Shown: positions 1 through 9,569, numbered from the stretch's first letter. The stretch: DNA of 32,000 nucleotides from Thermoproteus tenax Kra 1 (GCF_000253055.1 NC_016070.1:990001-1022000), one strand, 5' to 3'. A program made the numbers and translations. Notes: generated by a model not told the origin, from the sequence alone.

Positions 1-109
1 TCACCAATACAACGACCCCGATTATTATGCCTGTCTTCGAGGCCATAAGGCACTATTAAAATGGAACTATTAAAATATTGAAATATATAGATCTATATGA
101 CTAATAGAG

Positions 110-1090
110 GTGGCAATGCTTTTAAATATCATGTTAATCCGCGCCATGTTCAACAGCTTCTTAGACGATGTGTTGATCCCGGCGATAATATTTTCCAATA
201 TCTACGCACTGGCCTCAATAGGTCTGACGATGACATACATCACGACTAAAATACCTTCGTTCGCGCATGGGGATCTGGCGGCAGTGGGGGCCTATGCAGC
301 CTTCTATCTCTCATATTTTCTCTACGGCTCCATAATACCGGGCTCCGTCTATGTGGCAATGCCGGCGGCTGCTCTGGCCGGAGCCGCAGTTGCATATCTC
401 TCCTATATCGGAGTGTTCAGGCCGATGATCAGGCGCAATGCGAGTATAACAACGCTAATGATAGCCTCCTTCGGTCTCCACTTCGTGATATTCGGAATCC
501 TAGCCATAATTGATAGCGCGGTCCAAACGGCCTACGGGTGGACCACGAGGAACTTTCTCCTGAGCACAGGCCAGATCCATCTGCCCGGCCTCACTCTCAA
601 CGACGTGATAGCTCTCACGAGCACCATCTTTCTAGCGGCTATATTGGCGGCGCTCTACTGGCTGTTGAACAAGACCAAATTCGGAGTGATCATGAGGGCC
701 AGCATAGACAACGCCCCCCTCGCCAAGGCGATGGGCATAGAGGTTGAGCGCGTCTACGCCATATCGTGGCTGATAATAGGGGCTATAACGGGCATTGCTG
801 GGGTCTTCATGGGGATGATATTTCCGGTCACTGAGGAGCTGGGCTGGCTCAGACTGCCGATCATATTCATTGCGGTCGTGGTGGGCGGTCTCTCGAACAT
901 ATACGGGAGCGTGATCGGGTCCTACATAGTTGGGTTCAGCATGGTGCTCGGCTTCAACTACATTTTGTCTCCTCTGAACCTTCCGCCCGAGTACGAGCTC
1001 GCCATACCCTTCGCTATAGTGATCGCGGTGTTGCTCCTAGCGCCCCAAGGGATAGCTGGGCTGATAGCCGGCGCCAGGCGTAGGACATGA
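110..1090 (+). CDS. livH: Branched-chain amino acid-type ABC transporter permease (LivH family)
   Basis: 326-aa multi-TM ORF with LivH-like features (ALASIGLTMTYITTKIPSFAHGDLAAVGAY...; RASIDNAPLAKAMGIE), followed by livM, substrate-binding protein, livG and livF genes. Confidence 0.9.
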   Translation: MAMLLNIMLIRAMFNSFLDDVLIPAIIFSNIYALASIGLTMTYITTKIPSFAHGDLAAVGAYAAFYLSYFLYGSIIPGSVYVAMPAAALAGAAVAYLSYIGVFRPMIRRNASITTLMIASFGLHFVIFGILAIIDSAVQTAYGWTTRNFLLSTGQIHLPGLTLNDVIALTSTIFLAAILAALYWLLNKTKFGVIMRASIDNAPLAKAMGIEVERVYAISWLIIGAITGIAGVFMGMIFPVTEELGWLRLPIIFIAVVVGGLSNIYGSVIGSYIVGFSMVLGFNYILSPLNLPPEYELAIPFAIVIAVLLLAPQGIAGLIAGARRRT

Positions 1091-2244
1091 ACAGACACGT
1101 CGTAGTTCTGGCCGCCCTTGTCGCCCTCGCCGTAGCTCTGTCCGTCTTGCTCGCCCTCTTCCCTGAGCTCAAGGGCATACGCATCTTGCTAGAGAACCTC
1201 CTGATATATATTACTATATATGGAATATATGTGCTCAGCCTCAACCTTGAGGTCGGCTACCTCGGAATACCCCAGTTCGGCAAAGTGATGTTTCTGACGA
1301 TAGGGGCCATAGCGGTAGGCGGCATTGCGACTAAGCTCATGCTCTTGATCTATCAGAGCGTGGTCGCTTCGTCAATAGGCGTATCCCCGCTGAGCAATAT
1401 CCACAACTACTGCACTCTCTATCAGTACTCTGTGATCAGTATAGTGAACCAACAGCTCGCCCTAAACCCCGTCCTTGGGCTCGGCTATCTGCTCTTCGGG
1501 ATTATTCTGGCTATGATACTCTCGGCCGTCCTCGGTCTGTTGTTTGCATATCCGGCGATAAGGCTGAAGGAGGACTACTTGGGCATATTGCTCCTGGTCA
1601 GCGCCGAGTTCATCCGGATCGTCACCTACTACGCTACGCCGGTTGCGTGCGGCGTCAATGGAGCAGTTATTCCAGACCCCTTCGCCTGGGCCGTTGGCGA
1701 GGAGAGGACCCTAGTCTTCCTGGCGGCCTCGGCCCTCTTCTTGGTCGTTGCCTTCTTGGTGTTCCAGAGGTTGGGGAACTCGCCCTTCGGGAGGGCACTT
1801 AGGGCTATACGCGACGCCGAGACTGCAGCGTCGGTGTTCGGCAAAGACATCGTTAAGTTTAGAATCAGAGTGCTCGCCGTATCCTCGGCCTTCGGAGGCC
1901 TGGCCGGAGCTCTACTGGCCTACTATTTCGATTACACTATTCTGGGCACCTTCTTGCCCATTTATACATTCATCGGTTGGACTATGCTCATACTGGGAGG
2001 TATGGGGAACAATGTGGGCGCATTAATTGGGGTGGCTCTATATTACGGCGTATCCACGCTGTTGGACATCTACAAAAACAGCCTACAAGCGCTTCTTTTC
2101 GGCGCCGACCCGACATATCTTGAGTATGTCGTATTCGGTCTCGCAATAATTCTAGTTTTAATGTATAGACCTCAAGGAATAGTTCCCGAAAAGCCTGTGA
2201 AAACAGTGGATCTGGAAAGAATAAGAAAAAGTACTAAAAGTTAA
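1087..2244 (+). CDS. livM: Branched-chain amino acid-type ABC transporter permease (LivM family)
   Basis: 385-aa ORF overlapping the preceding ORF by 4 nt (ATGA); LivM-like YVLSLNLEVGYLGIPQFGKVMF and GRALRAIRDAETAASVFGKDIVKFR. Confidence 0.9.
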   Translation: MNRHVVVLAALVALAVALSVLLALFPELKGIRILLENLLIYITIYGIYVLSLNLEVGYLGIPQFGKVMFLTIGAIAVGGIATKLMLLIYQSVVASSIGVSPLSNIHNYCTLYQYSVISIVNQQLALNPVLGLGYLLFGIILAMILSAVLGLLFAYPAIRLKEDYLGILLLVSAEFIRIVTYYATPVACGVNGAVIPDPFAWAVGEERTLVFLAASALFLVVAFLVFQRLGNSPFGRALRAIRDAETAASVFGKDIVKFRIRVLAVSSAFGGLAGALLAYYFDYTILGTFLPIYTFIGWTMLILGGMGNNVGALIGVALYYGVSTLLDIYKNSLQALLFGADPTYLEYVVFGLAIILVLMYRPQGIVPEKPVKTVDLERIRKSTKS

Positions 2245-2267
2245 ATAACAATCATATTTAGTTCAAT

Positions 2268-3632
2268 ATGGCCTCGAAGACAGGCATAATAATCGGGGTC
2301 GTTGTATTGGTGATAATAATAGCGGCTGTCGCCGCATATCTTGCCTCCCAGAGGCCGGCCTCGTCCGCCTATGTGTCCGCCACCACAACTACGACGCAGT
2401 CGACGGCGACCACGACTACTACGTCTCCGCAGTCAACGGCGACCGCCACTACGTCGACGACAACTCAAGCCGTCCAGACGGTCACCATCGGCGCGTTGCT
2501 GCCGCTGACGGGGGCGCTGCAGTTCATGGGGACGAGCGGGCAGTGCGCTATACAGCTTGCAGTCCACGACGCAAACCAGATGTTCGCGAGCAAGGGCATA
2601 CAATTCCAGCTGGTAGCGCAAGACTCAGCGTGCGACCCCAACACCGCCCTACAGAAGCTCCAGACTCTATACTCTCAGGGCATTAGGTTCGTGGTAGGGC
2701 TAACATGTAGTAGCGAGCTATCCGCCGTGAAGTCTTTCGCGGAGCAGAACCATATATTGATAACCAGTATCTCCACCTCTCCGCTTTTGGCGATACCTAA
2801 GCCCTACCTATTCAGACTCCCGCCCACAGACAACGCGCAGGCGAAGGTGCTCGCCGCGTTGTATCACTTTCTCGGGATAAAACGCGTTGTGATCGTCTAC
2901 AGATCGGACGCTTGGGGCCAAGGTCTCACCTCCGCCATCATAAACGCCACGAAGGCCTACGGCATCACGGTGGTCGGAGCCTTCGGCTACGACCCATCTC
3001 CCTCGGCTATGCCGGCCGCCGAGCAGGCCGCCGTCCAGAAGGCCTCCCAAGCGTTGGGCACCCCCGGCCCCGACGCCGCGTTTGAGATAGTGTCCTTCGA
3101 CCAAGACGGCGCTGCAGTCGTTCAAGCCGCCATGAACGACCCAGTTCTCTCGAAGGTCAGATGGTTTGGGACCGACAGCAATGTATACGGCACCGCCATA
3201 ATGCAGGCGGGCGGCCAGGCTCTGGCGGCTGCAAAGTTCATGGGAGCAGTGGCCTCCCCCAACCCCAATGATCCACACTACATCCAGTTCGCCCAAGAGT
3301 TCAAACAGTTCTGCGGCCATGCGCCGACGGGCTATGACCCGTACTACTACGACACGGCGATGATAGTGATGGAGGCCATAGCTCAGACCGGCTCCACAGA
3401 TCCCACCGTCATAAACTCAGTGTTGGAGCAGTGGGGCAAGAACGGCACCTACGTCGGCGCGACCGGACCTGTGTACTTCGACCAATACCACGATAGGATG
3501 TACGCAAGCTACTTGATAGTCGGCGTGGCGATAGTCAACGGGACGCCAACGTGGATAAACGCTGGGTTCTACAACGGCACCACTGGCCAGATAACGGTCT
3601 TCCCGCAGGGACAGCCGCTCTTCAGTTCGTAA
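2268..3632 (+). CDS. ABC transporter substrate-binding protein, branched-chain amino acid/amide type, membrane-anchored
   Basis: N-terminal hydrophobic segment, long Thr/Ser/Pro/Ala-rich linker, then periplasmic-binding type 1 fold (VTIGALLPLTGALQFMGTSG...DSACDPNTALQKLQTLYSQGIRFVVG). In an operon with livHMGF. Confidence 0.88.
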   Translation: MASKTGIIIGVVVLVIIIAAVAAYLASQRPASSAYVSATTTTTQSTATTTTTSPQSTATATTSTTTQAVQTVTIGALLPLTGALQFMGTSGQCAIQLAVHDANQMFASKGIQFQLVAQDSACDPNTALQKLQTLYSQGIRFVVGLTCSSELSAVKSFAEQNHILITSISTSPLLAIPKPYLFRLPPTDNAQAKVLAALYHFLGIKRVVIVYRSDAWGQGLTSAIINATKAYGITVVGAFGYDPSPSAMPAAEQAAVQKASQALGTPGPDAAFEIVSFDQDGAAVVQAAMNDPVLSKVRWFGTDSNVYGTAIMQAGGQALAAAKFMGAVASPNPNDPHYIQFAQEFKQFCGHAPTGYDPYYYDTAMIVMEAIAQTGSTDPTVINSVLEQWGKNGTYVGATGPVYFDQYHDRMYASYLIVGVAIVNGTPTWINAGFYNGTTGQITVFPQGQPLFSS

Positions 3633-3664
3633 AAATTTTAAATAGCTTTCCCTTTTTTGTCGTT

Positions 3665-4423
3665 GTGTTAGAAATAAAAGGTATAGTCAAACAGTTCGGC
3701 GCCTTTAGGGCTTTAGACGGCGTAGATATGGTTGTGGAAAGGGGGAGGATCACGTTGCTCATAGGCCCGAACGGCTCTGGCAAGACCACGCTTATAAACG
3801 TAGTCACTGGGGTCTATAAGCCGGAGGATGGGAAGGTGTTCTTCAACGAAGATGGGAAAAAGGTCGATATAACAGGCTGGCCTCCCCACAAGGTCTTCGC
3901 CCAAGGCATAGTTCGCACCTTTCAGATACCTCAAGTCTTCCAGCGCCTGACTGTGATAGAGAACCTCTTGACCGTGGCCAGAGACCAGAGGGGTGAGAGC
4001 CTCAAGAACGCCTTTTTGAGATCCTCTTGGGTTAAACAAGAGGAGGAGTTGGCCGAGAGGGCCTTTAAGATATTGGACACAGTAGGTCTCGGCGACGTGT
4101 GGGACCGCTACGCCTACTCTCTCTCTGCTGGACAGATGAAGTTGTTGGAGATCGCCAGAGCCCTTATGGCAGGAGCAAAGCTCATTGTCTTAGACGAGCC
4201 CATAGCCGGCATACCGATAGCGCAGGCCCACTCTATATTTCAGACCATAAGGAAGATCAACGAGTCCGGCGTGACCTTCTGGGTCGTGGAGCACCGCATA
4301 GACATCGCCTTTAAATATGTTGACTACGTCTACGCCATGGCTAGCGGCAGAGTCATATCGCAGGGCGCGCCGGACGTCGTCGCGAGGGACCCCAAAGTGA
4401 TAGAGAGCTATATCGGCGGGTGA
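3665..4423 (+). CDS. livG: Branched-chain amino acid-type ABC transporter ATP-binding protein (LivG family)
   Basis: Walker A GPNGSGKTT, signature LSAGQMKLLEIARAL, Walker B LIVLDEP. The track ORF begins at 3551 inside the upstream gene; homology (LEIKGIVKQFGAFRALDG) fits a GTG start at 3665. Confidence 0.9.
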   Translation: MLEIKGIVKQFGAFRALDGVDMVVERGRITLLIGPNGSGKTTLINVVTGVYKPEDGKVFFNEDGKKVDITGWPPHKVFAQGIVRTFQIPQVFQRLTVIENLLTVARDQRGESLKNAFLRSSWVKQEEELAERAFKILDTVGLGDVWDRYAYSLSAGQMKLLEIARALMAGAKLIVLDEPIAGIPIAQAHSIFQTIRKINESGVTFWVVEHRIDIAFKYVDYVYAMASGRVISQGAPDVVARDPKVIESYIGG

Positions 4424-4424
4424 T

Positions 4425-5147
4425 ATGGCGTTTCTGGAGATCTCCAACTTGAGCGCAGGTTACGGGAAGTTCCACGTGTTGAACGAAGTGACGTTGGAGA
4501 TAGAGAGGGGGGAGGTGGCCGTCTTGTTGGGCCCCAACGGCGCCGGCAAGTCCACCTTGTTGAACGCGGTGGCCGGCCTCGCCACGATCTACGGCGGCAA
4601 GATAGCGCTGGACGGCGTCGACCTAGTGGGGAAGAGGCCGGGGGAGATCCAGAGGGCGGGAGTCGGCTACGTCATGCAGTCGCCCAACAACTTCGGCACT
4701 CCCAACATATTCCCCGAGCTCACAGTGAGAGAGAACCTGTTGGCCGCATCGACTGGGCTCAGCCGCGGCGACTTCGAGAAAGTCTTGGGGGACGTCCTAG
4801 AGCTCTTCCCAAAATTGAAAGAGCTGATGCACAGAAAGGCCAAGTTCCTCTCAGGCGGAGAGAGGCAGATGTTGGCCATATCCATGGGCCTTATGAAGAG
4901 GCCCAAGCTCCTCATGTTGGACGAGCCCACGGCGGGCCTGGCGCCTAAGGTCGCCTCCGACGTCTTCTTAGCCGTCAAAAAGATCAAGGACATGGGCATA
5001 ACGATACTCCTGGTGGAGCAGAACGCAAGGAAGGCGCTCGAGATAGGCGATAGAGCGTTTGTGATGGTCACCGGCAGGCTGAGGTACTCGGGACCCGCGA
5101 GGGAATTGGACGAGGAGAAGCTCGGCAGATTGATACTGGGACAATAA
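4425..5147 (+). CDS. livF: Branched-chain amino acid-type ABC transporter ATP-binding protein (LivF family)
   Basis: Walker A GPNGAGKSTLLNAV, signature LSGGERQMLAISMGLMKRPKLLMLDEPTAGLAP. Confidence 0.92.
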   Translation: MAFLEISNLSAGYGKFHVLNEVTLEIERGEVAVLLGPNGAGKSTLLNAVAGLATIYGGKIALDGVDLVGKRPGEIQRAGVGYVMQSPNNFGTPNIFPELTVRENLLAASTGLSRGDFEKVLGDVLELFPKLKELMHRKAKFLSGGERQMLAISMGLMKRPKLLMLDEPTAGLAPKVASDVFLAVKKIKDMGITILLVEQNARKALEIGDRAFVMVTGRLRYSGPARELDEEKLGRLILGQ

Positions 5148-5175
5148 CTTTTTATCTGCAATTCATAAGGACTTT

Positions 5176-6471
5176 ATGTCCCATCCGCTCGATGAGGCCA
5201 AATGGGGCGCGGCCCACTGGCGCCTATTCGCCATAGTCTCAGCCAGCTTTTTTCTGGACGGAGTCCTCTTCAGTCTGGTCCCCACAGTGGCCTATTTGCT
5301 CCCCGAGCTCTCGGCTAACGCCACATTGATCTTTGCGGTCGACTCAGTGGCCTTCCTGTTGGGAGCTCTGGCCTTCGGCGCTCTGTCGGACAGAGTGGGC
5401 AGAAGGCTGGGCCTCGTCGCCTCTCTGGCCATATATACGGCCTCCTCTATTCTTTTCGTCGCTCTATACTGGGCAGGCGCACTGGGCCTAGCCGCGGCGC
5501 TCGCTACGACGGCCCTTATAAACTTCGGAGTGGGCGGCGAGACTGGGCCCGCCTTCTCGGCCTTGGCCGAGCTCTCTCCAGTGAGACACAGAGGTAAGGC
5601 CCTAGCTCTGGCTGCGAACTTCTGGAACATCGGCGCGGCCGCCATAGCCTCCCTCTCGTTGTTCTACAGCCAGCTTTCGAGCGATCCTGGCACTGTGATA
5701 ATCTGGACCTTCGGCACAGCAGTCGCCCTCGCCGCCGTAGTCCTATTGGCCCGCCTACACCTCCCAGAGTCGCCCAGATGGCTTGCCGCCCAGGGCAGAT
5801 CAGCCGAGGCGAGGAGGGTGGTCGCAGCCTTCGCCGGCGTTGAGGCAGATCCGCCGCCCCAGCTGAGCGGCGTTGGCCTGAGGGAGGCCCTCGGCACTAG
5901 GCTATTCGGCTTCCTGGTGTTGATAGTCGTGAGCGCAGCCCAGTTGGCCACGTACAACATTGCGGCCTACTATATGCCCTACGCCTCTGGCTTCCCGTTG
6001 GGGGCTAGCTCGGCGCCGCTCATTGTGGCCACGGCGAACGCCGGCGCCTCTATCGGCGGCTTCCTCCTGCTACCTCTGATAGACAGATCGCGGAGGATAT
6101 CCTTGGCTGTCGCGTTCGCCGGCGGCCTCCTCACGGCGCTGTCTTTCGTCCCGTTGGCACAATCGGAGACCCCCTTCTTGGCGGCTCTGGGGCTCAACAT
6201 GGTCTTTGCCGAGTGGGCCTGGGCCTCCCTCGGCGTGCTCGAGAGCGAGCTCTTCCCCACGGGCGTCAGAGCCTCGGTAGTGGGGACGGTGACTGCGGCA
6301 GCCTGGGTCGTCAACACGGCGTTGGTCTACTACGAGGGCTACATCGATGCGGCGACGTTCATGGCGATGAACTCGGCCGTGTGGGCGGCAGGCCTCGCGG
6401 CGGCGCTCGCCTGGCTGTTGAGGGGGCGCGAGTCGGCCGGAAGGACGTTGGAGGAGCTACAGTTCAAATAG
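5176..6471 (+). CDS. Major facilitator superfamily transporter (sugar/organic acid type)
   Basis: 431 aa, about 12 hydrophobic segments, MFS motif GALSDRVGRRLGL and RLHLPESPRWLAAQGR. Confidence 0.85.
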   Translation: MSHPLDEAKWGAAHWRLFAIVSASFFLDGVLFSLVPTVAYLLPELSANATLIFAVDSVAFLLGALAFGALSDRVGRRLGLVASLAIYTASSILFVALYWAGALGLAAALATTALINFGVGGETGPAFSALAELSPVRHRGKALALAANFWNIGAAAIASLSLFYSQLSSDPGTVIIWTFGTAVALAAVVLLARLHLPESPRWLAAQGRSAEARRVVAAFAGVEADPPPQLSGVGLREALGTRLFGFLVLIVVSAAQLATYNIAAYYMPYASGFPLGASSAPLIVATANAGASIGGFLLLPLIDRSRRISLAVAFAGGLLTALSFVPLAQSETPFLAALGLNMVFAEWAWASLGVLESELFPTGVRASVVGTVTAAAWVVNTALVYYEGYIDAATFMAMNSAVWAAGLAAALAWLLRGRESAGRTLEELQFK

Positions 6472-6489
6472 TATTAAGGACTGTTTTTT

Positions 6490-8409
6490 ATGAAGCGGGT
6501 CATATTCCACGATTTGATCACACTCGATGAGGCTAAAGAGATCTTGGTCTCCAGGGCGCGGCCGTTAGGGGTCGAGGAGGTCCCGCTCGAGGAGGCCTAC
6601 GGCAGAGTCTTGGCCGAGGACGTCTATTCGCCCGTCGACGTGCCCCCCTTCGACAGAAGCACTGTGGATGGATACGCGGTAGTCTCGGCCGATCTGGCTG
6701 GAGCGAGCGAGATATCACCAGTCAAACTGACGCTGAAGGGCAGAGTCGAGGCCGGCGGCTTCCCCGACTTCGAGCTGTCCAGAGGGGAGGCGGCGGAGGT
6801 GGCCACGGGCGCTCCAATACCTAGGGGGGCCGACGCCGTAGTAATGGTGGAGTACACCTCGGAGAGAGAGGGCGCCGTAGTTGTATATAGGTCGGTGTAT
6901 CCGGGCGAGAACGTAGTTCCCGCCGGCTCCGACTTCTCGGCGGGCGAGCTCATCCTGAGAAAATGCACGAGGCTCACACAGAGAGAGATAGGCGTGTTGG
7001 CGGCCGCGGGCGTGAGGAGGCCCAGAGTCTACAGAAGGCCCAAAGTGGCCATAATATCCACCGGGAACGAGCTCGAGGAGCCCGGGGTCCCCCTCGCGAG
7101 GGGCAAACTATACGACGTCAATACCTATTCTCTCGCCGCCGCTGTTGTGGAGTCCGGCGGCGCGCCGATAATAGTGGGCAGAGCCAGAGACGATCTGGAG
7201 GAGTACAGAGAGATTCTGGGAAAGGCGTTGGCCGCCGCAGACCTAGTCTTGATATCGGGAGGCACCTCGGCGGGCATGGCGGATCTGACCTACAGAGTCC
7301 TGGGCGATATGGGGCGCGTGTTGTTCCACGGCATAAAGGTGAGGCCCGGCAAGCCCACGATAGCGGCCGAGGTGGACGGCAAGATAGTCGTTGGTCTGCC
7401 GGGCTACCCGCCGAGCGCTCTCATGATCTTCCACTCGGTCGTGAGGCCCGCGCTCCTCTCCATGCAGTGTATGAGGCAGACGCCACCTGCAGTCTATAGA
7501 GCTAGGCTGTCCATGAGGACTGAGGGGGCCAAGGGGAGGAGGTCCCTCTACCCCGTCGTGCTGATAAACAAGGGAGGCTATGTGGCATATCCGCTCAACG
7601 CCGAGTCGGGGCTGATCTCCGTCTTGGCGAGGGCCGACGGATATATCGTGATACCTGAAGACGTGGAGTTCATGGAGGAGGGCGAGGAGGTGGAGGTTTA
7701 CCTCTTCGAGCGGTATACTCCAGCCTCCCTATATTTTATCGGCAGCAACGACATATTCCTCGATAGAATCTTGGCGAAGTTCGACGTTAAGGCCATATAT
7801 GTGGGATCCATGGGCGGCATACTCGCAGTGAAGAGGGGGGAGGCCGACGTGGCCGGGACCCACATGTTGGACCCAGAGACTGGCGAATACAACTCGCCAG
7901 TGATTAGGAGGCTGGGCGTCAAAGGCGCCGTGCTCGTGAGAGGCTTCGCGAGAGAGCAGGGCCTAGTGGTGGCGAGGGGCAACCCCAAGGGCATAAGAGG
8001 GTTTGAGGACCTTCTGAGGAGCGACGTGGTCATGGTGAATAGGCCGAGGGGCACTGGGACTAGGACGCTGTTGGACATGAAACTGGAGGAGATCGCCAAA
8101 GGGCGCGGGATCTCCGTCGAGGAGCTGGCCAAGAATATCCGCGGCTATACCCACGAGGTGAGGACCCACACTGCCGTGGCGGCGGCGGTGGCGCAGGGGA
8201 GAGCCGACGTGGGCTTAGCCATAAGGTACGCAGCTGAGATCTACGGCCTAGACTTCATCCCCGTTGGCTGGGAGATATACGACCTCTTGATAAGGGAGGA
8301 GGCCCTGGAGAGGGCTGGGCCGATAATCGAGGAGCTAAAGCGGGCCTCGGAGATGCCGCCGGGCTATAAAAGGCTGCCGGAGACGGGCGAGGTCGTGGCC
8401 AAGTTTTAA
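6490..8409 (+). CDS. moeA: Molybdopterin molybdenumtransferase MoeA with C-terminal PBP-like (LysR/PBP substrate-binding) domain
   Basis: MoeA motifs PPFDRSTVDGYAV, GAPIPRGADAVVMVE, ISTGNEL, SGGTSAG, GLPGYPPSALMIF; the last ~220 aa (GSNDIFLDRIL...VNRPRGTGTRTLLDMKLEE) resemble the periplasmic-binding-like domain fused to many archaeal MoeA proteins. Confidence 0.92.
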   Translation: MKRVIFHDLITLDEAKEILVSRARPLGVEEVPLEEAYGRVLAEDVYSPVDVPPFDRSTVDGYAVVSADLAGASEISPVKLTLKGRVEAGGFPDFELSRGEAAEVATGAPIPRGADAVVMVEYTSEREGAVVVYRSVYPGENVVPAGSDFSAGELILRKCTRLTQREIGVLAAAGVRRPRVYRRPKVAIISTGNELEEPGVPLARGKLYDVNTYSLAAAVVESGGAPIIVGRARDDLEEYREILGKALAAADLVLISGGTSAGMADLTYRVLGDMGRVLFHGIKVRPGKPTIAAEVDGKIVVGLPGYPPSALMIFHSVVRPALLSMQCMRQTPPAVYRARLSMRTEGAKGRRSLYPVVLINKGGYVAYPLNAESGLISVLARADGYIVIPEDVEFMEEGEEVEVYLFERYTPASLYFIGSNDIFLDRILAKFDVKAIYVGSMGGILAVKRGEADVAGTHMLDPETGEYNSPVIRRLGVKGAVLVRGFAREQGLVVARGNPKGIRGFEDLLRSDVVMVNRPRGTGTRTLLDMKLEEIAKGRGISVEELAKNIRGYTHEVRTHTAVAAAVAQGRADVGLAIRYAAEIYGLDFIPVGWEIYDLLIREEALERAGPIIEELKRASEMPPGYKRLPETGEVVAKF

Positions 8410-8621
8410 GCCTTCTCTACAGCTGAGGCCTCGACGAGCCACGCGCCCCCTCTCTCCTCTACTCTCACCGAGTACCCCAAGAGGGGGAGGACGTACTTTA
8501 GAACGGCTACGCAGTCTCTGTCGGGGACGAGGAACGCCGCCTTGTGGGGCCTTCTGCTGAGCAAATACGAGGCGGCCAACAAGCTCCCGTTGGGACATCC
8601 TGGGAGCTCCACTGTGTCCAC
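8406..8621 (-). CDS. Small protein, possibly TusA/SirA-like fold
   Basis: 71 aa, GTG start; ELPGCPNGSLLAASYLL...ALKYVLPLLGYSVRVEERGGAWLVEA resembles the Cys-Pro motif/fold layout of TusA-like proteins. 3' end overlaps the moeA 3' end by 4 nt; same strand and close downstream of the next gene. Confidence 0.5.
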   Translation of the reverse strand: MDTVELPGCPNGSLLAASYLLSRRPHKAAFLVPDRDCVAVLKYVLPLLGYSVRVEERGGAWLVEASAVEKA

Positions 8622-8644
8622 ACAGATTGGAGGATCCCTCCTTA

Positions 8645-9493
8645 TTATTGATCTTGTCTGTGCAATTTTTGCTCAATATATTCCTCTAGCTCTGCGATGT
8701 CGAGGGCGCCCACTCCGGAGGAGATGGCGTCCCTCAGAACTTCCTCGAGTCTGTCCGCCACGGGCAGTCGTCTCAAGCCCAGCTCTGAGGCGAGCTCTCT
8801 GAACTGCCTCACCGCCGTCAGCGCGGCCGAGGCCGAGAATCCCTCAGCGTAGGCGCCCCTCAACATGGGCGGCATTCTCGAGGTCAGCTGCGCCGAGGCT
8901 GCGCCGCCCTTGGACAGCGCCGTCAGAGCTCCCTCGGGATCGAGGCCGGACCTTTTGAGGACAGCCGCTGCCTCTGCCAGCGCGGATACATACGAGGTCA
9001 GCAGATAGACGCTGATCAGCTTCAAAGCAGTGGCCGCCTCGTGGGAGCCGACGTATATCGGCTCGCCCAACATCCTCAAGAGACCCTCCGACTGGCGGTA
9101 GAGCTCCGGGGGCCCGCCTACATACAAGACGAGTCTCCCCTCTTCGGCTTCCCTTGGTCCCCTTTCCACTCTGCATGTGAGATAGCGCATTCTGTCTGCC
9201 ACGGAGAGGACGGAGCGGAGCTCCGACATGCTCTGAGTGGTGGTATCTACGACGACCGGGGACGCTGACTTCGGCGCACGTCTGAGGACGTCCAACACCT
9301 CCCTCCCCGTGGGGAGCGCGAGGAGGACGTAATCTGCCTCGAAACACTGCTCTAGACTGCGGCACAGAGGGACGCCCGAGGAGGCCGCGGCCTCGCTGGA
9401 GATGTCGAAGCCGGTCACTTCGACGCCTCTGCGCGCGAGGTTCCTCGCCATCCCTCTCCCCATTCTCCCCAGCCCCACGACGGAGACCCGCAT
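8645..9493 (-). CDS. NAD(P)-dependent beta-hydroxyacid dehydrogenase (3-hydroxyisobutyrate dehydrogenase / 6-phosphogluconate dehydrogenase-like)
   Basis: N-terminal VSVVGLGRMGRGMARNLARRG Rossmann motif and ATALKLISVYLLTSY. The track start is 9499; the TATA-like tatatttat at ~9511-9519 fits a leaderless start at the second ATG (9493). Confidence 0.85.
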   Translation of the reverse strand: MRVSVVGLGRMGRGMARNLARRGVEVTGFDISSEAAASSGVPLCRSLEQCFEADYVLLALPTGREVLDVLRRAPKSASPVVVDTTTQSMSELRSVLSVADRMRYLTCRVERGPREAEEGRLVLYVGGPPELYRQSEGLLRMLGEPIYVGSHEAATALKLISVYLLTSYVSALAEAAAVLKRSGLDPEGALTALSKGGAASAQLTSRMPPMLRGAYAEGFSASAALTAVRQFRELASELGLRRLPVADRLEEVLRDAISSGVGALDIAELEEYIEQKLHRQDQ

Positions 9494-9521
9494 TTGCATT
9501 AGGACGGGGATAAATATATTC

Positions 9522-9569
9522 TCAGCTCCTATCCTGCGGCCATCTGCGCCGCCTCACGCGCCTCATCAC
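9522..9569 (-). ncRNA. Candidate C/D box sRNA
   Basis: Minus strand: GTGATGA (C) ggcgcgtgaggcggcgcagatggccgcaggataggag CTGA (D), 48 nt, intergenic. Internal D'/C' boxes are not clear. Confidence 0.3.

Noticed and set aside
2808-3320. 170-aa minus-strand ORF inside the substrate-binding protein gene
   Set aside because: Shadow of a well-supported CDS; no recognisable domain.
7698-8132. 144-aa minus-strand ORF and other minus ORFs under moeA
   Set aside because: Opposite a convincing MoeA coding frame; Ser/Pro/Thr-rich shadow ORFs.
6490-8409. MoeA plus C-terminal binding-protein-like domain as a novel fusion
   Set aside because: This domain architecture is already common in archaeal MoeA proteins.
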